A DNA stretch of 64,000 nucleotides from Chrysomallon squamiferum (lineage: Eukaryota > Animalia > Mollusca). A program made the position numbers and the translations under genes. Position 1 is the stretch's first letter; each line of letters opens with the position of its first letter. This document shows, in pieces, positions 26,263 through 40,962 of this stretch. A model generated the notes under the pieces. It saw nothing but the letters and a program-made list of their open reading frames with translations, did not search any database and had not been told where the DNA came from. Location: assembly GCA_012295275.1 (NCBI GenBank), contig CM022673.1, positions 21,576,001 through 21,640,000 on the forward strand, written 5' to 3'.

Positions 26263-26594
26263 AATTTCGGTTTTAATATTTATTTGCAATTATTTGCAAA
26301 ATACACTCTTTTCTAGCTAGCAATGGAAAAAACAAAAAAGAAACGAAAATAAAAAAACAGCCGGCCAGTTACCGAACAACACCACTTCCGTCGTGATTAA
26401 CAACTATAAAACAAAAATAGTTCTCTAATTTCTGCGTTATTATTGTTTTAAATAATCATACAGTTTCTTTTATCCAGCAGATAACTGTCAGAACGCATCT
26501 GAATTAATTGCTTTAATTTTAGGTTCAGTTGATGGTAAGACAGTCAAATACGCAGAAATCTTTGTATAAATACACTAACGTAAGCTGTTCAAAC

Positions 26595-26775
26595 ACAGCC
26601 ATTTTCGATTGGCTACTAGAAATCAGACGACTTGAAACTTTTGTCAGACGATTAGTTATCACCAGACTTACGAAAAAAATAAACAAAACTTGTGCCCATT
26701 TATGCTTTAGTTGTTATGATAACGGTTTACTGTCAGACAAATACTGTGTTTACCGCATTAGTGATCGTGCGAGTT
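26595..26775 (-). promoter_or_regulatory. Putative CYP51 promoter with CCAAT box, YY1-like site and SRE-like decamers
   Basis: ATTGG 26608-26612; GCCATTTT 26598-26605; ATCAGACGAC 26622-26631; GTCAGACGAT 26643-26652; ATCACCAGAC 26658-26667; ATCGTGCGAG 26764-26773. All lie about 340-510 bp upstream of the CYP51 ATG. Confidence 0.5.
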
Positions 26776-27697
26776 ATTTTATTTTGTATTCAAAGTCCCA
26801 GTAGAAATCGGAATAAGAGATCATTAGATGGGTATGAATCTATGACTATTAGTATTATAATTTATAGTATTACTTAAGATGTATTTATTAATTAATACTT
26901 ACTACATAGTAAGTTAAGATGGTAACGATCTTTAAATAAAACATTTCGTTGTTTTTTGTCGATTTTTTTTTTTTTTCTTTTACCATATGTAACAAAGTTC
27001 CCATGTGTGAAATGTGGTTAAAAAAAAAAATAATAATAAAAAAAAAAAAATAAAAAAATAAATAAATAATATATTTTTTTAATAATACACAAAATGCCTT
27101 CATATAAAATATAAATAACATTTTTCAAAAATAAAGGAAACAGCACAGAAGCTGCTGATTTAGACACACTACATAGATAAACAGTAGAGCAGGTTTTTAA
27201 ATCTTATCACAAAAACAAACTTCCAAATAAGACGCAAAACATCGTTAATCTATGTATTGATTTTGAAATTAAACTTGTAATTTAAATGTAATCCCATTTA
27301 TTGAGAATTAGTCTACAATTAATTTGAAACTTAAACATTTACCATTTAAAAATCGGCCAGAATAATTCTGCTTTCTCTATTAAAATAAGAATTAATGAAA
27401 ATGTAAATAGTGTATGAGTGCCATTCTTAATGGCCCATCTCTCTGTCAAAAATCTCAGTTAAACGGTATCATTTTAACACAGCCATTTGTTGCAGATATT
27501 TCCAGTCACATTTCAGTCTGAACCAAGAAATAACAAGCAAACAAAAAAAAACATTTTGAAAAATTTAATGTTTTAATAACATTGCAACACATGATGCACA
27601 TGTAGGCACATATCACAACTTGATTGATTTTCAATTCTTCCATGCATAAACTATTTACTTCATGCTGGGTCACACACATTTAAAGTTTTATTTGTTG

Positions 27698-27741
<44 letters not shown>

Positions 27742-29121
27742 AAAAATTTAATAACATCTACATATGATATTCTTTTCTGTCTCTCTTTTTAAATTAACTT
27801 TGTTGATTTATTAAACACTAATTTATTTTGTCTATGAAAATTAATGGTCATTTACTTAAAATGATTAATGTAGTCATTGTGACCATTATAGAACAAACTC
27901 GATGTTTTCAAATAAAAATTTAAAAATTGTTAAAACTAGTAATTATTATTAAATAAAAAATAATATATGTTGGGCAATACACTTTCAATACAATGGGGGG
28001 GGCATGACTCAAATATATATTTGTTATTGTCTTTCTGAAAAATGTTTATCATCTGCTGCAATTCTAAACGTCTCCTTGATTTGCAATAAATATTTTTATT
28101 GAACTTTATACATCTACTGAGAAACATTTAATATGTATTGAAACACCACTCGTGCAGATCAACAAAAATGAAAGCATTTTATGTTTGATATAAAATATCC
28201 CAAATTTTACTTCTCTATGTAGAAATAATCCCAGCAAAATACAGCACCATTCACTTTTACATTCTAATATAGAAACACTTGTGACCTGTAACATGATGTA
28301 CAGCCGGCATTGTTAAATAATGTTTGAGGAGAGAAAACAGATCTGTATCATTAATATTTATACATTGTCATGATTATTTGTTCCTGGAAAGACAGACTTA
28401 CAAACTAAAGATGTTGGTAAATTAAACTATCACCATTTGCTGATCAATTTACAGTAGTCGAATTATCCAAAGTTAATGTTTCAGCCAATTATATTTTCTT
28501 GCACAACATTTTTCATTATCATATCCTAATACTTATTTAATACAGTTTGGGTTTTTATAAGAAACTTAATGACATTCTTATTTATGCATTTAAATTATTA
28601 ATACAAGAAGAAGAATAAAATATTAATTGCTCAAAGTAAACCATGATATTTCTAGTATGCAAAAATAAGGACCAACAAAATTGAAAATCAAATTTAAAAG
28701 GAACATTTTAAAAAAAACACTTTATAAAGTGACTAGGCAAAAATTCACAATATTTAATGATCCATAAGCAAAAAAAACCATCAAAAAACAAATTTGCTGT
28801 AATTATCCAATCATATATCAACATGTAAAATAAATTCATATTAGATAATTCATTTCTAGTAATAACCCCCCCCATATTAACATTCATCCAGAAGAGTAAT
28901 AATAACTGTTATTAAAAAATAAAAGTAACGATCACAGCTTCTTAAAGCAGACATTAAAGCCAATGTTGATATGAACATAATTTTTAAACTAAAGAACAAC
29001 ATGTTTTCTCCAAACAAAAATAATAACCCTCAGTATTATTATACTATATCTACAAAACCTAGTTACATTTAAAGAAAAGATAAATTCTAAAAAGGAACAA
29101 AACACTTTTTTTGTGGTTTAT

Positions 29122-32100
29122 CTACCATGGCCATTTTGGTGGTTTTACACAGACCCTGGAGCCAGATACTGTCATTTCCTCCAGGTGAACTGTAGGGAGG
29201 TGGGACGTCACTTCTGGCAAATCTTGATGAAACAATGGATGGATGCAAACGCAGAGTGCTGGTCTCTGCTCTTTAAACCTGGAGTTTAAAATTTTGTTTT
29301 TAAATAATTAAAACATTTCTCTGATTGGTTACATTGATCTGGATTTAGAAACAATTTAAGGACAAATATATATATATATATAGCTTTGATGTTGAAACTG
29401 AAGAGGTTATAAATTATTTATATAAAAATAATAATAATGAAAGAACAGAAGAATATTCTGAAGAAGCTTTGTTTTTCCTTTCTTTTATATTATTTCAATG
29501 TTTTATTATTTTTTTTTTTCCCCTTAAAGAATATTTAAAATAATTAAATGGAGCAAAATGTTTGAAAGATAATATATATGTATTATGTACATACCTACAT
29601 ACACACACACATAACTGTTTACCATACAAAATCCAAATAATTTTAATTTAACAAAACAAAAGATACGATGCACATAATATATTTAAAATTGTAAAACAAA
29701 TATATATTTATATATTAATACCTTGTTTGTATTTGTAACTGAAGGCTTTTGCACTGGGTAAGAGTGGCACCAGTAAAAATTTCAATTACCACTAGAGAAG
29801 AAACCTGTAAGATAAATTAATAATAAAACGAAAAGAAAGATTCATGCACACATACTTATATCTGTCTATAACTCTCACTCAGACATACATCAATCTCTAT
29901 ACCTCTCACTATACCACTCACTCAGACATACATCACTATACCTCTCACTATACCACTCACTCAGACATACATCTCTATACCTCTCACTATACCACTTACT
30001 GTACCACTCACTCAGACATACATCTCTATACCTCTCACTATACCACTCACTCAGACATACATCTCTATACCTCTCACTATACCACTCACTATACCACTCA
30101 CTCACACACACACATTTACAACACTAAGTATTTTTCAGTCACATGTCTCTCACCTTTTCAACAAATGTAAGAACAGAAGAAGATTCTAAAGAAGCATTTT
30201 TTGAAAGAATACAAATTCTCTCAAGAGATTTACACTCCTGACAAGCTGTGAAAAAAGAGTCATCCAGTTTCAGGTACGGCTGTTCCAGTCTACAAAATAA
30301 ATTACAATATTTTATTATTTGTTTTATATTATTACCCCTTAACCATAGACTAATGTTTTAAATTAGCAGTCAGACAGGCCATGCAGCCTCAACTTTAATC
30401 ACTACTGTGAGCAATTAAGTCAATTTTAATAAAGTGAAAAACAGATCAATAACAAATAATTAAAATTTACCTGTATATGTTGAAAAATATTTCAATAAAT
30501 ATCTAAAAAGATGAAAGATAACTTCAGTGTTTCAAAAGATCTACCTCCCTTTATCAAATTGAAGAAAATAATTATATATAAAGTTGAACAAATAAATAAT
30601 TATTACAAGATAACAGTGTTATTAAAGCAATGAATTATGATACAAATCAAGAACCATTTTAAAAATATATATTGAAGATAATTTGGATTAGATCAATGTA
30701 AGATTCACAGTCTATAGACAGAAAGTTACCTGAAATCATGAAGTTTGTGAAAATACTTGAAGGCTGCACAGAGATTGTTCATGTACTGACAGTGACCAGT
30801 CAAGCCAAGATAAGCCAAGTGGAGGCGTTCAAGACTCACACATCCTTTAGCTATATCAATCAAACTTTCTCCAAGCCAAATTCCTGAAACCAAGACAAAA
30901 ATTAAATTATGTACATGAAGAAGATGGAAATAGCTTCACACAGTGTTGTATAAGAATAATGTAAGAAAAAAACTCCAATCTATATGTTCTGCAGCAGTTA
31001 TGGACTAAGTGGCCTGTGGGGCTGTCTGAACAGTGTTGTATAAGAATATATTTTATTAAATAAATATTCATTTGGAAATACCTAGTTTTCTTATACAAAT
31101 TTTCCCAGAAATAAAATTTTTGCTCTATAATTTACTCGGATAACTGGACGTTATGGCTAACAACTTTTATAATAACATACGACAAAAAAGTTATTTATCT
31201 ATATATATATATATATTTGCCTGAATTCTCAATAAACCATGCTGATAATTATTGCAATATTGCCTCAAATCCACATATAATTATTGTTATCTGCAAGCAT
31301 CAATTTTTCAAGCAAACAACACTTTTCAGCACCAATAAATACATGCAAATGGCATTTTTTACTGCTAATAAACAAACACAAACAGCAGTTTTCAGCGCCA
31401 TCAAATATTCATTAAAGTTTATCTATGAAACAGTATCAGTTCTGCCCTTTTGATGACAAGCAATATGACAAAAATGCCCCCTTGCCCCTTCTTCAGTATA
31501 TATATAAGTAAAAAGCAATTGTGTTGTATCAGAAACAAAAATGTAGCCCATATATGTGTGTAAGTACAAATGTGTTAAAGATAAGATGAGTACCTTGCAA
31601 TCCAGACAGCTGCAGATATCTGAGGTTTTTCCATTTTCCAATACAGCACAGATCACTATCTCTGATAGAATTAGCCTGTACACTGTCAAAGTAAAATGCA
31701 CATATTCAGGTTCTGAATAAAAATTAAGGTGATTTTTTCTCTTTTTTTCACATCTGTGAGATCAAACTTTATTTTTAAAACTGTCACTTAGATAAGTATA
31801 TATTTTAAATAAAGATAAAATCTATAGTCTTCTGACATATTGTTCTAAAATGTGTTAAGATGGAGGGAAGAATAAGAAATAAATGCTGGTTAAATGGATG
31901 GATTAATAAAATGCCTAAACATATATAAAAAAATATATACAGATGTTAATTGTAAAATAAAAACAACTATGTAAAATGAAAAGGATAATTTCTTTTATAA
32001 TATTAGAAAAATACAGTACTGTTTACGAATAAGACAAAATGAAGACTCAGTAAGGAAACTAAAAATAATGATTATCATACCAGGAAATAAAATGGAATGT

Positions 32101-35100
32101 TTTTGGAGAAACTCCAAAGTATTTGTTGAATGTGGACCGGAATCCAGCACTGATCAACTCAAACTCCTCAACTAGTGGACAATTATTGACCAGCAAGGAC
32201 AATTCACTAAGTTTGGTCATTTCAGAAGTATCTTCAAGTAGTCTGTCCTCTGAGTCATTTTCACCAGATGTAGATGGCTGTGTGAAAAAATGTATAATAA
32301 AATTTTAAATGTTTAGATTTTTTTGAATTTTTTTTTATTTCAAAACACTCAAAACTATTTTTTCTTTTAAATAAAAAATAATAAAATATAATAAAGAAAA
32401 CAAAAAACACACACCAAAAAAACATTAACTAAAAAATATTATAAAATAATCAAATAAGTGTGTATTTTAATACTAAATAACTAAATGGTATTATACAAAT
32501 TGAAGTTTAGCAATTATAAGTCTTTAGTCAAGTTTAAACAATAAATATAAAAACTGCAGCTTTTGTAGATAATTTTGGAATGAAATATTTTAAGAGAAAG
32601 AACAATTAATTTTGAAATAGTAACAATTATTTAACCAGTTTGTTAATCTTGGGCCAAAAAATAGGGCAAAAAACTAATGCTATAGGAACAGGACAGGAAA
32701 ATACGAAAATAGGTCAGTGTTTCTTTTTAATTTGGTATGCCATGCATTTTAGAGTCAGGGTAAAGTTAGGTAGTGGAAAATTATGATGATAAATGCTGAA
32801 TGTTGAAATACAGATTAACAAGTTCCACTGATCAAGAGGTAACAGAGATTAAACATTTTTTTTTAGCTAAAATGACAGCACAACTTGTTGGTGATAGCAC
32901 AGTTCACAAAAAAATACTTTAATGAATAAGTTTATGGTTCATTTTTTTTAAATAGTTATAAAAACATTTCTTTATGAAGAGCTAAGCTTGTTTTGTTTCT
33001 TTTACAATACCTGGTTTTGATTTAACTGTATGCCAGTGCGTAACCTCTTGGCATTCTGGGAAGAGTGGTACTGAACTAGCTTTCTTTTCCTTGTAACAAT
33101 ATTTGCTGATGAATTTTTATCTTTCAGACACAGACAACAAGGAGATATTGAAATACTTCTCCATTCTGGAACAAAAATTTAAAGTTAATATTTTTTTTGT
33201 TTACTATACCGTTACAGAAAACTGATCAGTTACTATTTTGAAACTATTATTATTATTATTTTTAATGTCAGTAATCTCTATTGTTTGCAAGTTTGTTTGA
33301 ATTTTTTTTTTTTTAATTATTATTACCTATTTTTACCTCATAAAAGTCATGAAAACTTTCATTTCATACTGAAACTAACTTGCAAATTGTTTAAGATATT
33401 AAAAAATAATATAAATAAAAAATGTTACCCCATGTAGTGGCAAATTATGAGATTATTTATTAAAAAATTTAAACTTTTTATATTTTGATGTGGTCATGTT
33501 GCTGTGTAATTTATGATTGTTCAGCAAATTTGTGATATTTGAAAGAATCCTAAATACAGTCTAATGCTGTTGTTGTTGCAGTTGTAGTTCACCTCGATTG
33601 TGACTAAGAAGATGACACAGTGTGCTGTTGGTGATGTCACTCTCATGAACGTGAACACCAGACAAATTGATGTGGCGAAGATGTGACATGCTCATCAACA
33701 ACAGCTGCAGGCCACCAGGTTCAGGGGTCTGGTTATCCTGGATTGAAAGAAAGATTAAAGAAATATTTTACTTAATTTTGTAGACAGAACTAAAAATGTT
33801 AAATAAAACTAATTACAAAAAATGCTGATATCTGCATTTGTACCCACCTTCATATTTTAGTATATTCAGAGAATTTTTTTCTTTTTAATGCATTTTTCTC
33901 ATTTTATTTTATGTACGGCATTAAAAAGGAACAATATTTAAATAAAAATAAAAAGCAACAAAACAATGATACCTCTCCTAACAGTAGACTATGGCAGTTC
34001 TGTAAGTTTATGCTGACTAGATTTGGACAACCTTCAGCTATTGTCTGAAGACTGTGACTTGTAATCCTTGTGTTATCTGCAATATTGAGAAAAATAAGAT
34101 TCCTTGCCTTGTGCAAAGGAAAATCTGAGTTTGGTATCTCAATCATTGCTCGAGAGAAATCAAGATGCTGTAATGAATCAATTTGCAGAAGGCACTTGAA
34201 GAAATGTGTCTTGTTTTGTAATCTCTGTAAATTAGAAGATGGCTGAAGAATGGTTTCAAATTTGAGTGAAAATTTACACAATTCCATCAACATTCCAAAA
34301 AAAAACATTCGAGCTGCAGGATCTATAGCATCATTAATACTAAGAGTTTTCAAATGAGTCCAGTTCTCTTTGTTGTTGATCTGAGGCTGAAGCAGATACT
34401 GTGGCATCCCCTTAGAGCAGCTTGGTGTGCCCAGTACATGCAGTTCCTCCAGGTTTTGACAGTATTCAAGGAAGGATGGTTGAGACAGAAAGTGCATTGA
34501 TATGTGAGGTGAGAACTCCAGCTGTTGTCTGAAGTGAAGACAAATTACTTGGAGGTGTTTCAGGGTTTTCTGCGCAGACTGGTTTGTCGCCAGTTCTGAA
34601 TGAAAGTCTCTCAAGTCCTGAATTGTGAAGGCCAGAACTTTGATTTTGTCAAGGGCAGCCATGATTCGGCACAAACGTTTCACGGTCACATTGCAATGAA
34701 GTAAATACAGGTGGGTTAAGCTTTTGCATCGAGAGATAGAATTATCAAAAACTTTTCCTGAAAGCCAGTAACAGGCATTAAGGTTTAGTTTGACCAGGTG
34801 GTAACTGGCTCTCTGAAGGTATTTTGTAAAAATCACATCAGTCAGTCTGTAACAGTTGGCGAAACTGGAATGTCTGAAAGCAAAAATATTAATACAATTA
34901 GCAGGGTTCTTTTTCTTTGTTTTATAAAATATATAAATGGCCAATTTCATATATCAAAATACTAAATTTTACATTGATTTTTCATCAAAACAATTTCAAA
35001 CTGAACTTGTTTTTGTTGTGCACAAGGCAGAACTAAAAGTATTGAATTATGAAGCAAAGTGACTATCACTTATCGTATGGCCGACATATAAATGATATTA

Positions 35101-35431
35101 AATATCTTTTGTTGCATAGACAGTTGACATTTGTCTAAAATGACCAAAATAGAATCATAATTTGACCACAAATTTTCTTTAAAAGGCAATACACTGAAAT
35201 TAAAAGAGTGAACCATAAATCAGTAAATAGAACGAAGAGAACAACGAAATTCTTGCTTTTGGAAATCAGTAACAGTATATACCTCACTAGTGTGCGGTCG
35301 TAACATAGTGAGTTAAATCGTCTGTTAACTTTGCTTATGCTATATAAGTCAATCGAGGGCAAAAAACTTAAAATATTTAGCAAAACATCGTCCGAAAATC
35401 CATCGAAATAACGTTCACAGGGCGCGGCCAT
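29122..35431 (-). CDS. FBXL18: F-box/LRR-repeat protein 18, 721 aa
   Basis: 10 phase-consistent exons: 35431-35283, 34873-33973, 33737-33593, 33165-33011, 32277-32081, 31682-31594, 30883-30730, 30289-30154, 29804-29722, 29278-29122 (2166 nt). F-box GFSDDVLLNILSFLPSIDL, LRRs, NLSGVHVH, FRLEQPY, and C-terminus QRPALCVCIHPLFH..LPTVHLEEMT...SRVC..PP.W match recalled FBXL18. Confidence 0.93.
29872..30105. repeat. 39-bp minisatellite in an FBXL18 intron
   Basis: Unit CATCTCTATACCTCTCACTATACCACTCACTCAGACATA, about 5 copies with 12-bp internal duplications. Confidence 0.85.
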
Positions 35432-35720
35432 TCTTCTTTTTCTGACGTATTTTCCCTCAGTGTTCACATTGACTCCAACGAAAAAGTAACGTTACATACA
35501 ATAATAGAAAATAAAAGGTTACCAAACAAGATATTGGACCAAGTAATACAGTGAGTAAATATTAAATACATTCAAACGAAAAATCTTCGATCGTAAAACC
35601 GAATAATTATGATCAAATATAAGCCAGACTAAACTTTTCTTATTTTTCTTTTTTTAATAATGAGCTTTAAAATAATTTCATTAAAAAAATATGCACATGA
35701 ATAAACACATAATAAGACAA

Positions 35721-35780
<60 letters not shown>

Positions 35781-35803
35781 AATAAATAAAAAAAAAACAT
35801 GAA

Positions 35804-35854
<51 letters not shown>

Positions 35855-35867
35855 AAAAAAACATGAA

Positions 35868-35919
<52 letters not shown>

Positions 35920-36276
35920 GAATAATTAATGACAGAAGAACTAATAGAATAGTAGTTGTTAGTCGCTGCAGTACCAGTAACAACAGTTATAACAGTATCA
36001 GTAAAAGCAACGACATAACTTACTGAATAACATCTAAAAGACAATTAAGAAGGTTTTTCGTTATTTTTACAGTTTAAAATTTGTTTTAGTGTATTAGCGT
36101 AATATATATCATATATAATCATGAATTTTCTGCAGATTACACTATTTCTAAGTAAGGTAAATATATACATAAGTAAGCAAACAGAATGAAAGAAAGAAAG
36201 ATAGATAGATAGGTAGGTAGGCAGGTAGGTAGATAAATAGATAGATAGGTAGGTAGGCAGATAAACAGATAGACAG

Positions 36277-36567
36277 GTCGACAGACATATATATATATAT
36301 ATAGATAAATACATAAATAGATAAATACATAAATAGATAAATAAACGCTTACACATATATAAACAGAAAATCATTCTGTTAAACTATAAAGTATGTTGCT
36401 GATGCTATACAACTCGCTAACACATAAATATGTCGACAGACATATATATATAGATAGATAAATACATAAATTGATAAATAAACGCTTACACATATATAAA
36501 CAGAAAATCATTCTGTTAAACTATAAAGTATGTTGCTGATGCTATACAACTCGCTAACACATAAATA
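36277..36567. repeat. Tandem duplication of a ~140-150 bp unit
   Basis: GTCGACAGACATATAT...AAACGCTTACACATATATAAACAGAAAATCATTCTGTTAAACTATAAAGTATGTTGCTGATGCTATACAACTCGCTAACACATAAATA occurs at about 36277-36430 and 36432-36567, nearly identical outside the microsatellite part. Confidence 0.9.
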
Positions 36568-38580
36568 AATCGGTAGATTACTAAGAATTTCAAATTTTAG
36601 TTTATTAGTTTGCTATGTAATATTAGTTGATATTTTTAGCTCTAAATTTATTGATTTTTTGACTCATGTGATAGAGTTTAAACATATAAAATTGCAGGTA
36701 TGTATGTAATTAGCTGTAAGTATAAAGGTTGATTCGAAATGTTGGTGACCAGAAGTATCCCATATTTCTAAAATAGAACGAGGAAGGAACCCGAGTCTAA
36801 ATACAAAAACCGTTCTTAGTTCATATACAGCTTGTAATCATAGCCTGAAGGTAATTTTCTACAGTGTTCTTAATAATTTTGACCCAGAAAAAACCCCGAA
36901 CAAAACACAAAAAGACAGGAGCACAATTGCCGCTTCAAAAATATTTCAGATTTCGGAATATCGAATCCGAAATGTTCAAAATATAATAAATAAATAAATA
37001 AATAAATAAATAAAATACTACTACTACTCCTATTACTAACAGTAACAACAAATACAGCAGCAATACTAGTAGTACTAACACCACTACTACTACAACAATA
37101 AGTAGTAAATAAGAAGTAAATAGTTTATGATTATTTTTACCTGAGGATTTTTAAGAATTTAAAACAAGAAAAATGAAAAAAAAAAAAAAAAAAAAAAAAA
37201 AAATGAAAGAAGAAGAAAAATGCAAAAGAAAAAATAATAGAAAAAGATGGTTTTCCAAAATAACTTAACCCAGTTTTTAAAATGCACTAAAAGCTGATAC
37301 TGAGAACATACATGCATTTTAAATTGCGCCATTCAAACTGAAACATATCTGACCTTGTAACAAGAAACTCAAACAATTCTGTTTACGCTGAACGGCTGAA
37401 ACTGAAAAAGAGTAATGTCATGTTAGGCTCATGTTAAGACGTTGCGAAATGTCTGGAACTCCAAACTCATGGACAGATAAAGTTTCGTTTAATCTCGAAT
37501 TAACGTTTCATACCAGTGAAATTCCAATTTCAAGGCGTTCTAGACGAGAGGATTGATGCAGAATGAGTATTTTGAGAAATATCTGGATCAACATTAGAAG
37601 AATGTTTCCGAAAATATCCTACAACAAAGTCTGTTATAATGACTAATATAAACGTTTATATATATATATCAAATTTGTAGTTATCAATGACCTTTTCTTA
37701 AGTTGTTTTTTTTCCTCTTGCTACTTTTTTATTTTTGTTTGTTTGTGTGTTTGTTTATTTATTTATTAACACTAGCAAAATAATATTTATCAAATTGTGG
37801 ATTTCATTTCTTAAAATGGAAGCTATTGATATCTTTTCCAGTGTTACATAATGTTTAATGATAACTAATGACTAACTAGATTATTATTAATGTCTCAAAA
37901 TTTAACAATATGATTTTGCGTTAATCTGTGAACCAAGACTGGAAGAAAAACATTTAAAAAAAACCCTGCATAAACTTTAAATATAGAAGCCGCATGATTG
38001 TACTTTAGGCCATATGCGCGAAAATTACTGAATGAATTTCAATCAGTTTTAGACTGCTTTGTTTTCCTGGCCGCTGAAATGCTAAAATTAATCCAACGGA
38101 TTTAGAATAAATAGAAGCACAAAAGAAAATAATAAAACAATTGCAGATAAAAATAATTATATTCAAAAAAGTTATATTTAAGTTCAATATATACAATTTT
38201 TATTTTGTTTACTTCTAATAAACGAAAAGAAATTTATATTGAACATATCAGAAAATTCTAATAATGTCTTTATCATTATGCAAATCATTTTCACCTGATA
38301 TCGAGCAGAACATTTTTCCGTTAAAAAGCCAAGGGCCACGGCATTATCTCCCATGCCTGAAGATAGCTCATGAAAATATACCTTATCAAGATGACTTTTA
38401 ATTTCATCTGCCAATGATGCAGCTAGGTGAAAAGGTCACTGACGTTTTGCTTATTTCAGACATTAATGATGCCTAAATTCAAAATGTTTCTTAATGGTAT
38501 GGATCGGAAACCTTTGTAATTTAGCACCTAAATCAGTAAACGTTGCTAACTTTAAAAATAATAACAACCCAGTTACTTTC

Positions 38581-38638
<58 letters not shown>

Positions 38639-39126
38639 TACATACACACACATACATACAGATATACATTCATACATATATATATATATATATATGTAAT
38701 CTTAAATTTAAATGGGGAGGACAGTCATGTGTAAAATGTATCAGTTGTTAATGTTAAAATTTAAAATGAAGTTAAGTGAAGATGAAACAGTTAAGTCAGC
38801 TCGAGTAAATATTTATTATGTGGATATTAATTAACATGTTTATTTAATTTGATATTTCTTAGAAGCTGCTGGTCACATGACCTTCTGTTACCTTACTACT
38901 TTACTTTAAAATGCCTTTCTATTTGACCTTCGATCCCTGAACAGAATGTAGATCAAACAAACATCTTTTCAAACTTGTGTCCTTTAGCTTCATACTAAAG
39001 AGTAACTGAAACATAAATGGATTACTACTATTTTATAATATATAAGGAAGTGGTTGTCATTGTATTGTGTACATAAATAAATAAATAAGAGAAAATTCTG
39101 TTGAAATAGAAATATTAATAAACATT

Positions 39127-39268
<142 letters not shown>

Positions 39269-40670
39269 CCATGCGCAAACTTTATAACACTGGAATTTAA
39301 TCCCGGTAAATCAGCGCCTCCCCACCCTGTAGTAGTTCCTACGGGCCTGTATCATCAATGATATTAATAAAATTAAACTAAAAATGAAGTACCAATATTA
39401 AATTAATTTGCTTAGGTCAGTATGTTTCATAGACATATTGAATTGCACACGCAGTACTTACAGCCGCCGGCAAAAGATCTCTAATAAAAGCAGGCAAATG
39501 CGTTTTACACTTATATATTTATTTTATGGCCGTTTATGCAGTATTTTATATGAATGTGGAAACATAGGCAAATAAGAAACTAGATGAAATACAGAACACG
39601 TTTTCAAAACCGTTCAAATATATTTCCTTTAAATATATTGCCACCCCAACCCTCCCGGATATAAAGTCGAAATTATCTATTCAGCTCTGTGTGCTTAGTT
39701 AATTTATTTATATAAAATAAATAATTTTTATTCAGTTCATTATAAGGACACACACACACACACTCACACACTCACACACACAACCACACACAAACACACA
39801 CACACACTCACACACTCACACACACACACACAACCACACACAAAACACACACACACACACACAAACACTCACACACTTCTTTCACAGATTATTTAACGAC
39901 AGCAGCACTAGCAGTAATAATAATAATCATAGTAAAAGTCCTATTTGTATAGAGACTCAGTCAGAAAATTATATTCTTTTATTTTTAATTTTCGTCTTTT
40001 TATTTTAATGTTAGTATTAAGACAACTGAGCACCTGCATCAGTTTCTGATAAACAAATACAAATTAAGGTTTTAACTATCCGTGAAGTTAAACATTAAAA
40101 AGAAATAAATAAATAAAAGAAGAAGAAGAAAAAGTAGAAAATAATTCATTTCCTAAAAGATTGTCTGTTATACATTGTAGTAACTTACATTTATTTATTT
40201 ATTTATATGTTTATTTATTTATCTTTCTTTCAAATTCCAAACTTATTTCTGTGTATTTAATACACATCATGGTAGTTTTATTAAGTCCGGCGATTAAAAC
40301 TGTGTTTAGGTTTCTCAGTTACGTAAAAAAAAGTGTCAGTTAAATCAAAGGAGTTTTAAAAAATGAACCTGATTAATCAGTAGTATTTATGTTCTTTTTC
40401 CTTCTGGCGTCTTTTTCTTTATAAAATGAAAAAAAAAAAAAAAAAAAGAGGAATGAAATAGAAATAAAAAAAAAAAAATTAAGAGCCTATTTGATTTATT
40501 TAAATAGTAAATCAATGAATCATAATCAAACACGAAGATATAAAACCAAGTCAACTCCTCCCTTTTCTATTTCAGAAATGAGTTTTTCCCGTTCTTATTT
40601 TTTTTTAAATTTATTTATTTATTTATTTTTTGGTATTTAATACATATATGTAAATTACATATATACATGA

Positions 40671-40705
<35 letters not shown>

Positions 40706-40774
40706 CATACATACATACATACATACATACACACATACACACTCGTGTTTCTGTCCATGTGTGGGTATATATAC

Positions 40775-40962
40775 ATATGTGTGTGTGTGTGTGCGTGTAT
40801 ATATACCCACACATATATAAATGTGTGTGTGTGTGTGCGTGTATATATACCCACACATATATAAATGTGTGTGTGCGTGTATATATACACACACATATAT
40901 AAATGTGTGTGTGTGTGTGTGTGTGTATATATACCCACACATATATAAATGTGTGTGTGTGT
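40775..40962. repeat. Minisatellite (TG)n-CGTGTATATATACCCACACATATATAAA
   Basis: About 4-5 copies with a variable (TG)n tract. Confidence 0.8.

Noticed and set aside
29844-30170. 108-aa His/Thr/Tyr repeat ORF that could pass for a metal-binding peptide
   Set aside because: It is a 39-bp (multiple of 3) intronic minisatellite antisense to FBXL18, with no signal peptide or independent gene signals.
31683-31712. Apparent in-frame TGA (possible selenocysteine/readthrough) at an FBXL18 junction when using the upstream acceptor near 31712
   Set aside because: The acceptor at 31682 (TTTGACAG|T) gives TGT Cys and restores homology, so no recoding is needed.
39290-39350. CCTACGGGCCTG end resembling a hAT-MITE terminus (similar ATTCGCCCCTG near 54371-54381)
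   Set aside because: No matching opposite TIR or TSD was found, so element boundaries cannot be supported.
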